Assembly: GCA_963704435.1 (NCBI GenBank)
Contig: OY969902.1
Coordinates: 1-32,000 of the forward strand
Origin: an uncultured archaeon
GTDB lineage: Archaea > Micrarchaeota > Micrarchaeia > Micrarchaeales > CABMGC01
Direction: 5' to 3'
DNA: 32,000 nucleotides
Below, one piece after another: positions 9,277 to 18,900 of the stretch. Position 1 is the stretch's first letter; each line of letters opens with the position of its first letter. The position numbers and the translations under genes are program-made. The notes beneath the pieces were generated by a model that was not told the origin of the DNA, made no database searches, and saw only the letters and a program-made list of their open reading frames with translations.

Positions 9277-9975
9277 CTATTGTCCCTTCAAGCGTAAATA
9301 CTGCTCGGTCTCCTTTATTCCCTGGAACGAACCGACCTCATGGAACCTCGTAGTGACCTCGAAAGCAGCCATATCTCCATTCACAGCCAGCCTCCCATAC
9401 ACGTCGCTCAGGTCGAGTGGACCATCCGGCCAGCCATCGAGCACCCTTTTCGTAAGGATGCTGATCCCGTAGTCGATGTACTCCATGTCCGTAGTGGGGT
9501 TCCTCTTGCTGTGCATTACTATCCTCCCGTCCCTCACCAGCGTGTTGTTCCTGTGCGATCCGCCGCTGTTGCGATACACAGTAAGCAGCGCCTGTTTACC
9601 CTCCGCCTCGAACCTATCCAGCATCGGCTGAAGGTCCACATCAAGGTACGAGTCGCCGTACATCACGAAGAACGCATCCGGAAGCTTTGGCGCGGCCTTC
9701 CTGAGCGCGCCACCCGTACCGAGCAGGACGTCTCCGTCGTATGAATACTGCACCCCCAGGCCCCACTCGTGTCCATCGCCCACGTACTCCTCTATCTGTT
9801 TCCCAAGATTGCCAACGCAGAGCACGATTTCCGATACGCCTTTGCCTTTGAGCAGCGTGAGCTGGTGGAAGATGAATGGCTTCCCCGCGACCTCGACCAT
9901 CGCTTTCGGAGTCTTGTCGGTCTGCGGTCCGAGGCGCGTGCCCATACCTCCAGCGAGAATCGCTACTGGAATCAT
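9277..9975 (-). CDS. hddC: Sugar-1-phosphate nucleotidyltransferase (HddC-like, D,D-heptose-1-P guanylyltransferase candidate)
   Basis: VAILAGGMGTRLGPQTDKTPKAMVEVAGKPF; 4-nt ATGA overlap with the upstream kinase. Confidence 0.8.
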   Translation of the reverse strand: MIPVAILAGGMGTRLGPQTDKTPKAMVEVAGKPFIFHQLTLLKGKGVSEIVLCVGNLGKQIEEYVGDGHEWGLGVQYSYDGDVLLGTGGALRKAAPKLPDAFFVMYGDSYLDVDLQPMLDRFEAEGKQALLTVYRNSGGSHRNNTLVRDGRIVMHSKRNPTTDMEYIDYGISILTKRVLDGWPDGPLDLSDVYGRLAVNGDMAAFEVTTRFHEVGSFQGIKETEQYLRLKGQ

Positions 9976-10958
9976 GACTGCGTCACCACTCTGCTCCCCT
10001 CGGAGTCGAAGTTGAAGTGCAGCTCGGGCAGGCCCGCGCCCGCCATCGCGCGCCTTAGACTGACGTTGTCAATGGCATAGAACATCAGGAAACCACCCCC
10101 TCCCGCGCCTATTAGCTTGCCTCCGCGTGCGCCGTTCTTCAGTGCAATCCTATACCATTCGTCTACCTTGCCGTTGCTGATCTCCTTAGAGCGCTGCCTC
10201 TTGTGCTCCCAGTGGACGTTCATTAGCTCCGCGAACAGGTCGAGGTCTCCGGATTCGAGCGCGTCCCTGCTGTCGTAGCCTAGCTTCTTGGTGAAGTGCA
10301 GGTTGTCGATCATTGCCGTGTCCTTGCTCTTGCTCTTGTCGTCCTGGTCCTTCAGCACCGCGGATGCCGACCTCGAGAAGCCTGTGAAGAAGAGCAGAAG
10401 GTTATCCTCTAGGCTGTGGCGCGTGTCCTCGGAGAGCCTGAGCGGCCTGACATCCACGGTGTCGTCCCTGCGGAAAGTGAAGCAGTTTATCCCTCCGAAC
10501 GCCGAGACATATTGGTCCTGCTTTCCCACTGGCTCCTTGAGCACATCTATCTCTATGTGACACGCCTCCTTCGCAAGTTCAGCCGGAGTCACGGAGTCCC
10601 TTTTGTGGGAATGCAATGCCTTTAGCATGGCGCACGCGAAGCTCCCAGATGATCCCATACCCGTGCCTGCCGGCACGTCCGCGATGCTCACTATCTCAAG
10701 GTGCGGATTCGGTATGTTCACAAGATTGAGCGCTTCGCGCACTATCGGATGCTTGATCTCGCCTACGGAGGCAACGCGTTCCATCTGCGAGTATTTCACT
10801 ATGATCTCATCCCTGCTGAAGATCGGCTGCACCGCCACGTACACGTACTTGTCTATGGCCGCGGAGATCAGGAACCCCTCGTGCTCCCTGTAATAAGACG
10901 GAAGGTCCGTGCCTCCTCCCCCGAGGGGGACGCGGAGCGGGCTGCGTGCTATGATCAT
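9972..10958 (-). CDS. hddA: GHMP kinase, D-glycero-alpha-D-manno-heptose-7-phosphate kinase-like (HddA)
   Basis: IIARSPLRVPLGGGGTDLPSYYREHEGFLISAAIDKYVY and PAGTGMGSSGSFACAMLKAL; C-terminal GGARGGKLIGAGGGGFLMF. Confidence 0.85.
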   Translation of the reverse strand: MIIARSPLRVPLGGGGTDLPSYYREHEGFLISAAIDKYVYVAVQPIFSRDEIIVKYSQMERVASVGEIKHPIVREALNLVNIPNPHLEIVSIADVPAGTGMGSSGSFACAMLKALHSHKRDSVTPAELAKEACHIEIDVLKEPVGKQDQYVSAFGGINCFTFRRDDTVDVRPLRLSEDTRHSLEDNLLLFFTGFSRSASAVLKDQDDKSKSKDTAMIDNLHFTKKLGYDSRDALESGDLDLFAELMNVHWEHKRQRSKEISNGKVDEWYRIALKNGARGGKLIGAGGGGFLMFYAIDNVSLRRAMAGAGLPELHFNFDSEGSRVVTQS

Positions 10959-11151
10959 TATCTCATCTCTTAATTGCCGTTTGTCTTAGCTACTATATAA
11001 ACATAATTCGAGAATTGGGACGTTTGTCCTATTTTCCGCTACTCACCAATCAATTTAGTCTCGTCCAAAGCCTTTTCCGAGCGCTTTTGTGTTGTACGGA
11101 TATATTTGCAATAGCTTTAAAAATGCGGGCAGAGAAATAAAAACGATTAGA

Positions 11152-11853
11152 ATGGAGCACATAAAAACAGGCAATTCGGCGTTAAATACGGTCCTAAACT
11201 ATATCCTGGATCCGGTTTTGTCACCAATAAAAACAAAAGAATATGCGCGCATAAAGCCCAATGAACGATACAGGGAAGAGTATAATTCAATTCTCACAGA
11301 AATAGCGCCATATAAGAAGCAGGCTTGGGAGGGGCTTTTTACTAGGCTGGATGCTTCACTAACAAATGCTGCCGCATATTATGTATACAGTCTGGTGAGG
11401 GGAGAGAAGCCAAAAATAGTGCTTGAGACGGGGATATTCTCCGGGTTCTCCAGTGCCATAATACTATCTGCATTGAACAAAAATAGGAAGGGTGAACTAT
11501 ACAGCACGGACGTATTCCAAGAAGTCGGGTTGGCAACACACCACGTAGATAAGGCCCGGTGGCACAAATGCATCGGGAAACCAGAATCCATATTCAAAGA
11601 AACGCTACGCGAAATAAACGGTCCGATCGACATCTTTCTCCACGACAGCCATCATGACTTCAAGTACATGTGGTATGAGTTAAGCGCCGCGCTTCCAAGA
11701 ATGAATCCCAACGGCTACATGCTGTGCGATGATGCGCATTGCAATGACGCTTTCTTGAAGTTCTGCAGAGTAAATGGATTCAAAGCAGAGATGATCTACA
11801 GTCCAGCCAAGCCCCTAGGCGTGATAAGGCTAGGCCTGAAGAAAGATGAATAG
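11152..11853 (+). CDS. Class I SAM-dependent methyltransferase (Methyltransf_24-like); track ORF starts at 11089 but M22 at 11152 fits a leaderless start
   Basis: KIVLETGIFSGFSSAIILSAL, IDIFLHDSHHDFKYMWYELSAALPRMNPNGYMLCDD. TATA-like TTTAAAAA about 30 nt upstream of 11152. Confidence 0.72.
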   Translation: MEHIKTGNSALNTVLNYILDPVLSPIKTKEYARIKPNERYREEYNSILTEIAPYKKQAWEGLFTRLDASLTNAAAYYVYSLVRGEKPKIVLETGIFSGFSSAIILSALNKNRKGELYSTDVFQEVGLATHHVDKARWHKCIGKPESIFKETLREINGPIDIFLHDSHHDFKYMWYELSAALPRMNPNGYMLCDDAHCNDAFLKFCRVNGFKAEMIYSPAKPLGVIRLGLKKDE

Positions 11854-11875
11854 AGGTGTCAAGTCCTGGGCGGGC

Positions 11876-12520
11876 TTACTTTGTAGCGTAGAGATAGCCA
11901 ATCCCCTTGCCTGAGCTCTTGGTCCTAAATCCGCTGCGCTTAAGGATGGGCTCCACCTCGTTCAGCGTGTTGTGAACCTCGACCTGCATCGCGTATACGT
12001 CGGAGAGGTCAGGCCTTGCCCTAAAAATGGACAGCTCCGCGCCCTCCACGTCGCATTTTATGGCGATGCGCTTTCCTCTAAAGCCATCCAACAGCGACTG
12101 CAGGGTCACGGTCCTGATGCCAGATTCCGCAAGCACCGTCCTGTTGAACCCGGTGGCATAGGGATGCGACATTCTGGAGAATCCCTCGCTGCACGAGACC
12201 GCGACCTGCATGGTCTCTATCTTCTTTATCGGGCACTCGGAGACGTTCTTCTTCAGCAGCACATAGCTCGCAGGGTTCGGCTCGATTGCGATGACCTTCT
12301 TCACGTTCGGGTTCATGGCGAAGTAAACCGACGTGTCTCCTATCATGGCACCGATGTCTATCAGCACGGTGTCTTTCACGATCCTGTCGTAGAGCCACTT
12401 GTAAGCTTGCTTCATGAACACCTCATCGAGGTGCCCGTACAACTTCACCTTCTGCCTCATGGTAGTGATCCCATTCCACAGCGCGATTGGGTGCCGCACA
12501 AGGCCCAGGTCCTCTCTCAT
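11876..12520 (-). CDS. FkbM-family methyltransferase
   Basis: VLIDIGAMIGDTSVYFAM...VIAIEPNPASYVLLKKNV...IAIKCDVEGAELSIF. Confidence 0.85.
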   Translation of the reverse strand: MREDLGLVRHPIALWNGITTMRQKVKLYGHLDEVFMKQAYKWLYDRIVKDTVLIDIGAMIGDTSVYFAMNPNVKKVIAIEPNPASYVLLKKNVSECPIKKIETMQVAVSCSEGFSRMSHPYATGFNRTVLAESGIRTVTLQSLLDGFRGKRIAIKCDVEGAELSIFRARPDLSDVYAMQVEVHNTLNEVEPILKRSGFRTKSSGKGIGYLYATK

Positions 12521-12638
12521 GAAATCCTCGGATAAATCTTGGGCAGCCAGCTATTAAATATGGATGCCATGCCTCTCGGCAGTCTGCGACCGCAAACAAT
12601 AATTAGATGAACCACCAAATGGAATCAAGGTCAGTGCG

Positions 12639-13772
12639 ATGGACATACATTTTCTTGTGCGCAGCAATGTTCGGATGATAGGTTCAAGCGGCACCGAGGA
12701 CCAGACCTACTACTACGCTAAATTCTTGAAAGATCGTGGGAAGAATGTCGATATGCTAATGGCATATTCCTTTGGCACCTTCACAAAACTGAAGCCAGAC
12801 CACAATACCTACGACAGGTATGCCTCTCTGAAGGAGAGAAGGATAGGGTTCATCAAGATAAGGACCCCCATACCCCTGTTCTCGCTGGTCTATCTCCGCG
12901 GCCTGCCCGATGGCATAACTTATGTGCCCTATTCGTTCTATGACTACCTGCTCAACCTGGTCTTCAAGCGCAAGGCCCAGATCATCGTGTTCGGCGGGCA
13001 CTGCCTGGAGGTCCGCACGAAATATCCTGTAATGCGTGGAATCATAAACCTCGCAGTGCGACTTATCTTCAGGCTCAGAAGCAACGAGATCTACTTCCAT
13101 ACGATAAACCTCGCGCAGAAGAGATATCTCATGAGGCTCGGGCTTCCAGAGAAGAATATTTTCTATGTGCCTAATTTCATAGACTACAGGGATGTGCCAC
13201 TTCTTGACAGCCGTTCAAAGAAGCTCAGAGTCCTGCACATTGGAGGGGTGAGCAAGACATCGGAGTTCCTACCTCAGATTTTTGACAGGCTTATTGAGAA
13301 GGGGGAGTTCGCTAGGTTCGAATTCTGCCTTGTTGGATCTAAGCAGCCTCTTGAAGTGATAGAATATGCAAAGAAGCACAAGAACGTAAAGGTAATGGGC
13401 TATGTAAGCGAGCGAAAGAAGTACTCGCTCCTTAGGAGCGCCGACGCGCTGATAATAGCGTCACAGGAGACCTTCTCGATAGTGGCGCTAGAGGCCCTGG
13501 AGTGCGGTCCGATAGTCATATCGCGGCCCAATCCTGCAGTGGAGATCATGAAAGATCTAGGCGCGCGCCTATTCCTGCTCTCCGACGATGAGCCCGATAG
13601 CTACGTTGGCGCGCTCCATGAGGTGATGCGCCTGAAGGAAAACCCCCGGCACATGGCATCGCTCAAGTCTGTGAACAAGCACGTGTGCGAGAAGTATTTC
13701 TCCAGCGGAAACGTCCTGCCGCAGATTGCAAAGCTGTTCGACACTGTGGAAAAGAGGGCTTCTGGGCGCTAA
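12639..13772 (+). CDS. GT4-like glycosyltransferase, paralog of 1169..2326
   Basis: LRVLHIGGVSKTSEFLPQIFDRL, NVKVMGYVSERKKYSLLRSADALIIASQETFSIVALEALECGPIVIS. Confidence 0.87.
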   Translation: MDIHFLVRSNVRMIGSSGTEDQTYYYAKFLKDRGKNVDMLMAYSFGTFTKLKPDHNTYDRYASLKERRIGFIKIRTPIPLFSLVYLRGLPDGITYVPYSFYDYLLNLVFKRKAQIIVFGGHCLEVRTKYPVMRGIINLAVRLIFRLRSNEIYFHTINLAQKRYLMRLGLPEKNIFYVPNFIDYRDVPLLDSRSKKLRVLHIGGVSKTSEFLPQIFDRLIEKGEFARFEFCLVGSKQPLEVIEYAKKHKNVKVMGYVSERKKYSLLRSADALIIASQETFSIVALEALECGPIVISRPNPAVEIMKDLGARLFLLSDDEPDSYVGALHEVMRLKENPRHMASLKSVNKHVCEKYFSSGNVLPQIAKLFDTVEKRASGR

Positions 13773-13848
13773 TGCGAGCTCGCTGCGCGGGCGTTCTGCC
13801 CACCACACAAGATAAATACGCGCTGGCGAATATTAATGGCGTGATGCT

Positions 13849-14922
13849 TTGGATTCAAGGTTCATAGGGCTGGGACTGGCTGCTCTCGAGAACAACTTCG
13901 TGAGCCTCAGCCACCCGTACAAGCTCACCTTCGCGGTGACCTACAGGTGCCAGTCGAAATGCAGCACCTGCAACATATGGCAGAAGAAGCCAGAAGGCGA
14001 GCTCTCCCTAGATGAGATACGCAAGTTCGCACAGAAGAACCCCCACTTCAGGTGGATAAGCATAACTGGCGGCGAGCCCTTCCTGAGAAGCGACATAGTG
14101 GAGATAGTCGAAGCGTTCATGAAGAGTTCCAAGGGCCTCTACATAGTGACGATACCTACCAATTCGCTGTCGAGCCTGGATCTGCTTCTGAAGAGGGTAG
14201 GGGGCATCCTCGACCTAGGAATGCCGAACCTGACGATAACGGTAAGCCTCGACGGGTACCGCGAGCTCCATGACAGGATAAGGGGAGTGCCCGGCGCGTA
14301 CGACAAGGCGATCGCTCTCGCGCGGGCGCTACACGAGATGCAGAAGGGGCGCGGCAACCTCCTATGGGCTTTCGGCTACACGATAAGCAGGCACAACGTC
14401 GGGATGCTCGAGAGGACCTACGAGGAGGTCCGCAGGGAGCTTCCGGGCCTAAGGTACGATGACTTCCACGTCAACGTCGCTCAGACGTCCGAGGTCTACT
14501 ACAACAACGTCAACCTCGAGCTTAAGGCCGAGAAGGGCGAAATCGCCAAGGAGCTTAGGTCGTTCATTAGGAAGAGGAAGGGAGGGACCGATGCGGTATC
14601 GCTCCTTGAGGGCGTCTTCCTGAAGAAGCTCGTCCAGTACGTGGAGACGGGCAAGGTGCCCATCCGGAGCAGGAGCCTCGACGCGTCGCTTTTCCTCGAC
14701 AGCCAGGGCAACGTCTTTCCCTCGATAATGTGGAACAGGAGGATAGGGAACCTAAGAGAGACGGGATACGACCTGAAACCGCTCCTGAAGAGCGCGGAAG
14801 CCAGGACCGTGAGGGAACTCATAGGCAGGGGCGAGGAGCCGAGCGCGTGGACTGCCTGCGAGGCGTACCAGTCGATAGCCGGCAACCTGCCGAGCTTCGC
14901 GAGCCTGCTTCTCCCGCCCTAG
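13849..14922 (+). CDS. Radical SAM protein (TTG start)
   Basis: TYRCQSKCSTCNIW (CxxxCxxC 4Fe-4S motif) and WISITGGEPFL. TATA-like GATAAATA about 30-35 nt upstream. Confidence 0.88.
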   Translation: MDSRFIGLGLAALENNFVSLSHPYKLTFAVTYRCQSKCSTCNIWQKKPEGELSLDEIRKFAQKNPHFRWISITGGEPFLRSDIVEIVEAFMKSSKGLYIVTIPTNSLSSLDLLLKRVGGILDLGMPNLTITVSLDGYRELHDRIRGVPGAYDKAIALARALHEMQKGRGNLLWAFGYTISRHNVGMLERTYEEVRRELPGLRYDDFHVNVAQTSEVYYNNVNLELKAEKGEIAKELRSFIRKRKGGTDAVSLLEGVFLKKLVQYVETGKVPIRSRSLDASLFLDSQGNVFPSIMWNRRIGNLRETGYDLKPLLKSAEARTVRELIGRGEEPSAWTACEAYQSIAGNLPSFASLLLPP

Positions 14923-14977
14923 CGATATCACGTCCTTTATATTACTAATATACTAGTTCTAACGGAACGGCTTTACC

Positions 14978-15685
14978 ATGGAGACGTATGGCGATATAAC
15001 TGTCATCATCCCGACGATCAATGAGGAGGGTACGATAGGTCTGCTCGTCAGGCGCCTCCTCTCCATGTACCCCCAGATCAAAGTGATCGTGGTGGACGAC
15101 GGGTCCACCGATGGAACGAAGCAGAAGATAGCCACCCTCGCCTCGAAAAGCCGCGGAGTGAGCCTCTACGACAGGAAGGCGCTCGAGCTCCCTAAGGGCC
15201 TCGCTTACAGCATGATGGACGGCGTGAGGATTGCAAGGACGAAGTACGTGGTGTTCATGGACGGCGACCTCCAGCACCCGCCGAAGGTCGTGGGGTCCAT
15301 CGTGCGCAGGCTGCGCGACGGATATCCCATCTCGATAGCGGTAAGGGCCAAGACCTACAATCCGGTGCTCTATCGCGCCATAATATCGAGCGTCCTCTCG
15401 GTGATCGGCCGGTCCGTGCTCTGGGCCGAGGGCAAGGCCTCGAGCAGGGACATCTTCTCGGGTTACTTCGGCGTCGACGCCGCATATGCGAGGGGGGTTA
15501 TGAAGCGCGACCGGAAGAGGTTCGTCGGGGAGGGCTACAAGTTCCTGTTCGACCTCCTAAAGTGCGTTCCAAAGGGAGATGCGCGCATCGCGGAGGTGCC
15601 GTACCTGTTCGTGGTCAGGCGGTTCGGCTCGTCGAAGGCAGACGTAAAAGCCGTAATCGAGCTGATGAAGTCGTACCTTTCCTGA
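14978..15685 (+). CDS. Family 2 (DPM1-like) glycosyltransferase
   Basis: VIIPTINEEGTIGLLVRRLL...VIVVDDGSTDGT...VVFMDGDLQHPP. Confidence 0.9.
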   Translation: METYGDITVIIPTINEEGTIGLLVRRLLSMYPQIKVIVVDDGSTDGTKQKIATLASKSRGVSLYDRKALELPKGLAYSMMDGVRIARTKYVVFMDGDLQHPPKVVGSIVRRLRDGYPISIAVRAKTYNPVLYRAIISSVLSVIGRSVLWAEGKASSRDIFSGYFGVDAAYARGVMKRDRKRFVGEGYKFLFDLLKCVPKGDARIAEVPYLFVVRRFGSSKADVKAVIELMKSYLS

Positions 15686-15744
15686 TTCGATTTCATCGCC
15701 TAAGGATACCGCCTCTATATAATGTAATATATATTGCGGTCGAA

Positions 15745-15890
15745 TAGGCTGTAAGTGGCAATGTGGGCAAAGACTTGCGTGCAGAGGCAAAGGGCGCCAG
15801 CGGGACTCGCTCCGATACGGCGGCAGGGACCCAGATTGGCGCTCCGTCGAGAGACTTAGGCTATAGAAGAAAGCGACTACAACAATTGAC
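15745..15890 (+). ncRNA. Candidate structured non-coding RNA (boundaries approximate)
   Basis: TATA-rich 15716-15735, then a GC-rich ORF-less tract with an 8-bp stem (15792-15799 with 15837-15844, one G-U), upstream of an independent TATA box for the S-layer gene. Confidence 0.25.
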
Positions 15891-15928
15891 GAAGTTTTTG
15901 TGCCGCGACGCAGACCAGAACAGCAACA

Positions 15929-15938
15929 TTTAAATACC
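15929..15938 (+). promoter_or_regulatory. TATA box of the S-layer gene
   Basis: TTTAAATACC about 45 nt upstream of ATG 15979; GTGG-containing purine-rich segment just before the start. Confidence 0.6.
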
Positions 15939-15978
15939 TTGCACTTGCTACTAATTCCAAACTATTGAAAGTGGTAGA

Positions 15979-18900
15979 ATGAATAGACTAAATGCAAAGA
16001 GAATAGGAGTGTTGGCTGCCAGCTTGCTTTTCGGTATGGCGGTCGCGGGACCTGTGTCCTTCAGCAATATACCTATAATAAACAGCGCAGGCCAGCCAGT
16101 GGTCCAGATAGTCGTCGGATCGCAGGCGCAGGCTAGTGACGGTGTAGTCGTCGCGAACATCGCTGCAGTCATTGGAAACCTGGCGTACACGTCAACTCCA
16201 ATAACCGCAACGGTAAGCGGAACGAGCAACGTGAAGTGCGCAGTTACCACGCCTTCGTGCACCCTGACGAACCAGCAGGTCTCCCTGGGTGAGAGCGGAG
16301 TTGTCGCACCAACCGGAACCTATGGGTTCACTGCTCTGATAGGCTCAATACTCAACGGCGCAACCATACTTAGCGCACCTGTCAGCACCAAGTCGCTGCA
16401 GTCCTTTTCCAGCAACGGATACGGATTCCCGCAGACCACTGCGATACAGACCAGCCCGTACCCAAGCCCTTACAGCACAGGAAACTACGTACCTAACCCT
16501 TCAGGAGGCGTATCAACCTCTAACGGCGGAGGCGTTCAGTTCTCCACGTTCACGTCGGGCACCGTAGATAACATCCTGCAGATCCAGCACGCGCAGCTAC
16601 CTGCGCTTCTGAGCAACTACGGGACTTATGGAGAGAGCGAGTCGCTGTGGATCACCGGATTCCCGGTCTTCGACCAGCAGAACACGGTCAACAACTTCGC
16701 CATCTTCGACATGGGCGGAGCGTACCAGGCGACGTTCAACAAGCCGGTACCCCTTTCTACGAGCAACTCTGCCGCTAACGCGCAGATAAAACTGCTTGGC
16801 CAGAACTGGGTAATAGTAGGAGGCACATACCCTTCAGGAACGTCCTACACCACGACGGGCACAGTCGCAGGCGGAACCCTGCTGCTGGCGCAGTCATTGG
16901 TCAACAAGACCACCGTGTACGTAGGCCACAACCTGACGAGCGGACCTTGGGTAGTGCAACTGACCGACTTGGGACAGACCGTCAACAACGCCAACCCTGC
17001 TTCGCTCAGCATCTACTACAAGGGAGTGCTGACGAACACCACGTCGATAGCGCCTAGCTCGAACAAGACGTTCAACGTCACGGGCAACAGGCTCATCGTC
17101 TATGTCGGATCGACCTTCGCAGGACTGTACGCATACCAGAAGTGGGCGCAATTGCAGCTCTACTCGAACATCTTCCCTCTGTCGAACGGGCAGAAGTACA
17201 ACGCCTCGGTCAACCAGGGATGGACGACAAGGCTGCTTTGGACAAACGCGACTTCATCGGGAGCGGCAAACGCGCTGCAGAGCATAATCTTCTTCAACAA
17301 CTCGATGTCCAACCCGGTACTCCCAGGAGGAAGCCTAAACTACATGACTTCGCCTGCGGCGTACAAGGTGACGTTCGTCGGGGACACGTTGGGGAGCGCA
17401 AGCTACGACCCTGTGACCTTTGCGGTGTCAAGCCAGGGCAACCAGAACTACAAGAACAATGCTGGTACCCAAGCGGCATCGAGCGACGCGACATCCTCCG
17501 TATACAGCGTAGTCAACGTAAACTCCATGTGGGGTACGGGCAATGCATTGCCTGCGACGATTCTCCAGGAGAACGTCACGTCCATAAACGAGCCGGCACA
17601 GATGCTGACCGTGACAAGTTCAATCCCGAACGCGTTCACAGTCGGTGCGGTGCAGTCAGGCACGATATCCTACGACCTTTCGCCGTACCAGCTCACAGAG
17701 GCTAACGTGGTCAACACGCTGGCTAGCGGGGCGAACATTCTTGGAACAGCGATATTAGTCACGGGAGGAGCCAGCAACCTGATATCAACGAGCGGCCAAC
17801 TGACCATAACCGTCAGCGGCTACAAGTCGGTCTCTGGGCAGTCAACGCCTACACAGGTTACCACCGTGGCACAGGTAACCAACTCCAAGTCAGGAGTCCC
17901 TACAGTGACGATGTCGAGCAACTCGATCATGGACTACGTGACCAACATAGGCCTGAGCCAGGCCATACCGGGATTGCAAGTGGTCGTGACAGAGATGGCA
18001 TCGGGCAACCCATCCAACACTGTGACCCTGGCGACTCTTGCGCCGATCACAACGCCATACGCGCTGTACACGCAGAGCTCGCAGACATACATGTCCACGG
18101 CAGTCGGAACGAGCATCCTGTACAACCAGCAGAACGGCCAGAGCTCAAACAGCTTCTCGCTCGTGCAAACGGGAACTGGCGCAGGCACAGGCTGGGGCAA
18201 CGCGAACACAATCAGCGGAGTATCGAGCAGGTACTTCACCATGAACGTGCCTGAGTACAACGTACCGTCGCAGGTGTCGTCGGTAGACCAGATAGCCATA
18301 GGCATCTGGAACAACACCATTGCGGGAGGATCGCAACTGTTCCAGCTGAACATGTCGCCGGTGGGCAACCGCAACAACGTGACTTACTACACAGGCACGG
18401 GCGGAGCGGGTACCGTAACGGGCGTGTACGCACCAACGGGCTTCAGGACTGAGCGCGGAAGCAAGGTCGCGAGCATAACTCCGACCTCCGTGACGCTGAA
18501 CCTCGCCACCAACGTGGACGGGCTGCAGTTCATAGTCGGGCCTGCGAACGTCACGGCTGCGACGACCACGAAGAAGATCGTAGGGCCTTATGGCGTCGGG
18601 CAGACCACGAACATAGCGAACGTCACAATAGCGAACGTGACGGCGACATGCGCGTTCTCGACGACGAGCTGCAGCGTAACTGGACTGGCGAACGTAACCG
18701 CAACGTCTAGCGCATCAAGCGCACTGACGCCGGTTGCTCTGAACACTGCCTCAACGCCGATCGCGGTGCTGGACTCGAACTCCAACGCAGCGTCGACCCT
18801 GGTAGTGGTTGGCAGCAAGTACGTCAACTCCGTGGCTGCGCAGATCTTCTCGCAGAACCCGAGCCTGTCGAACACGTTCGGCCCAAGCTCGGTGGTTGTG

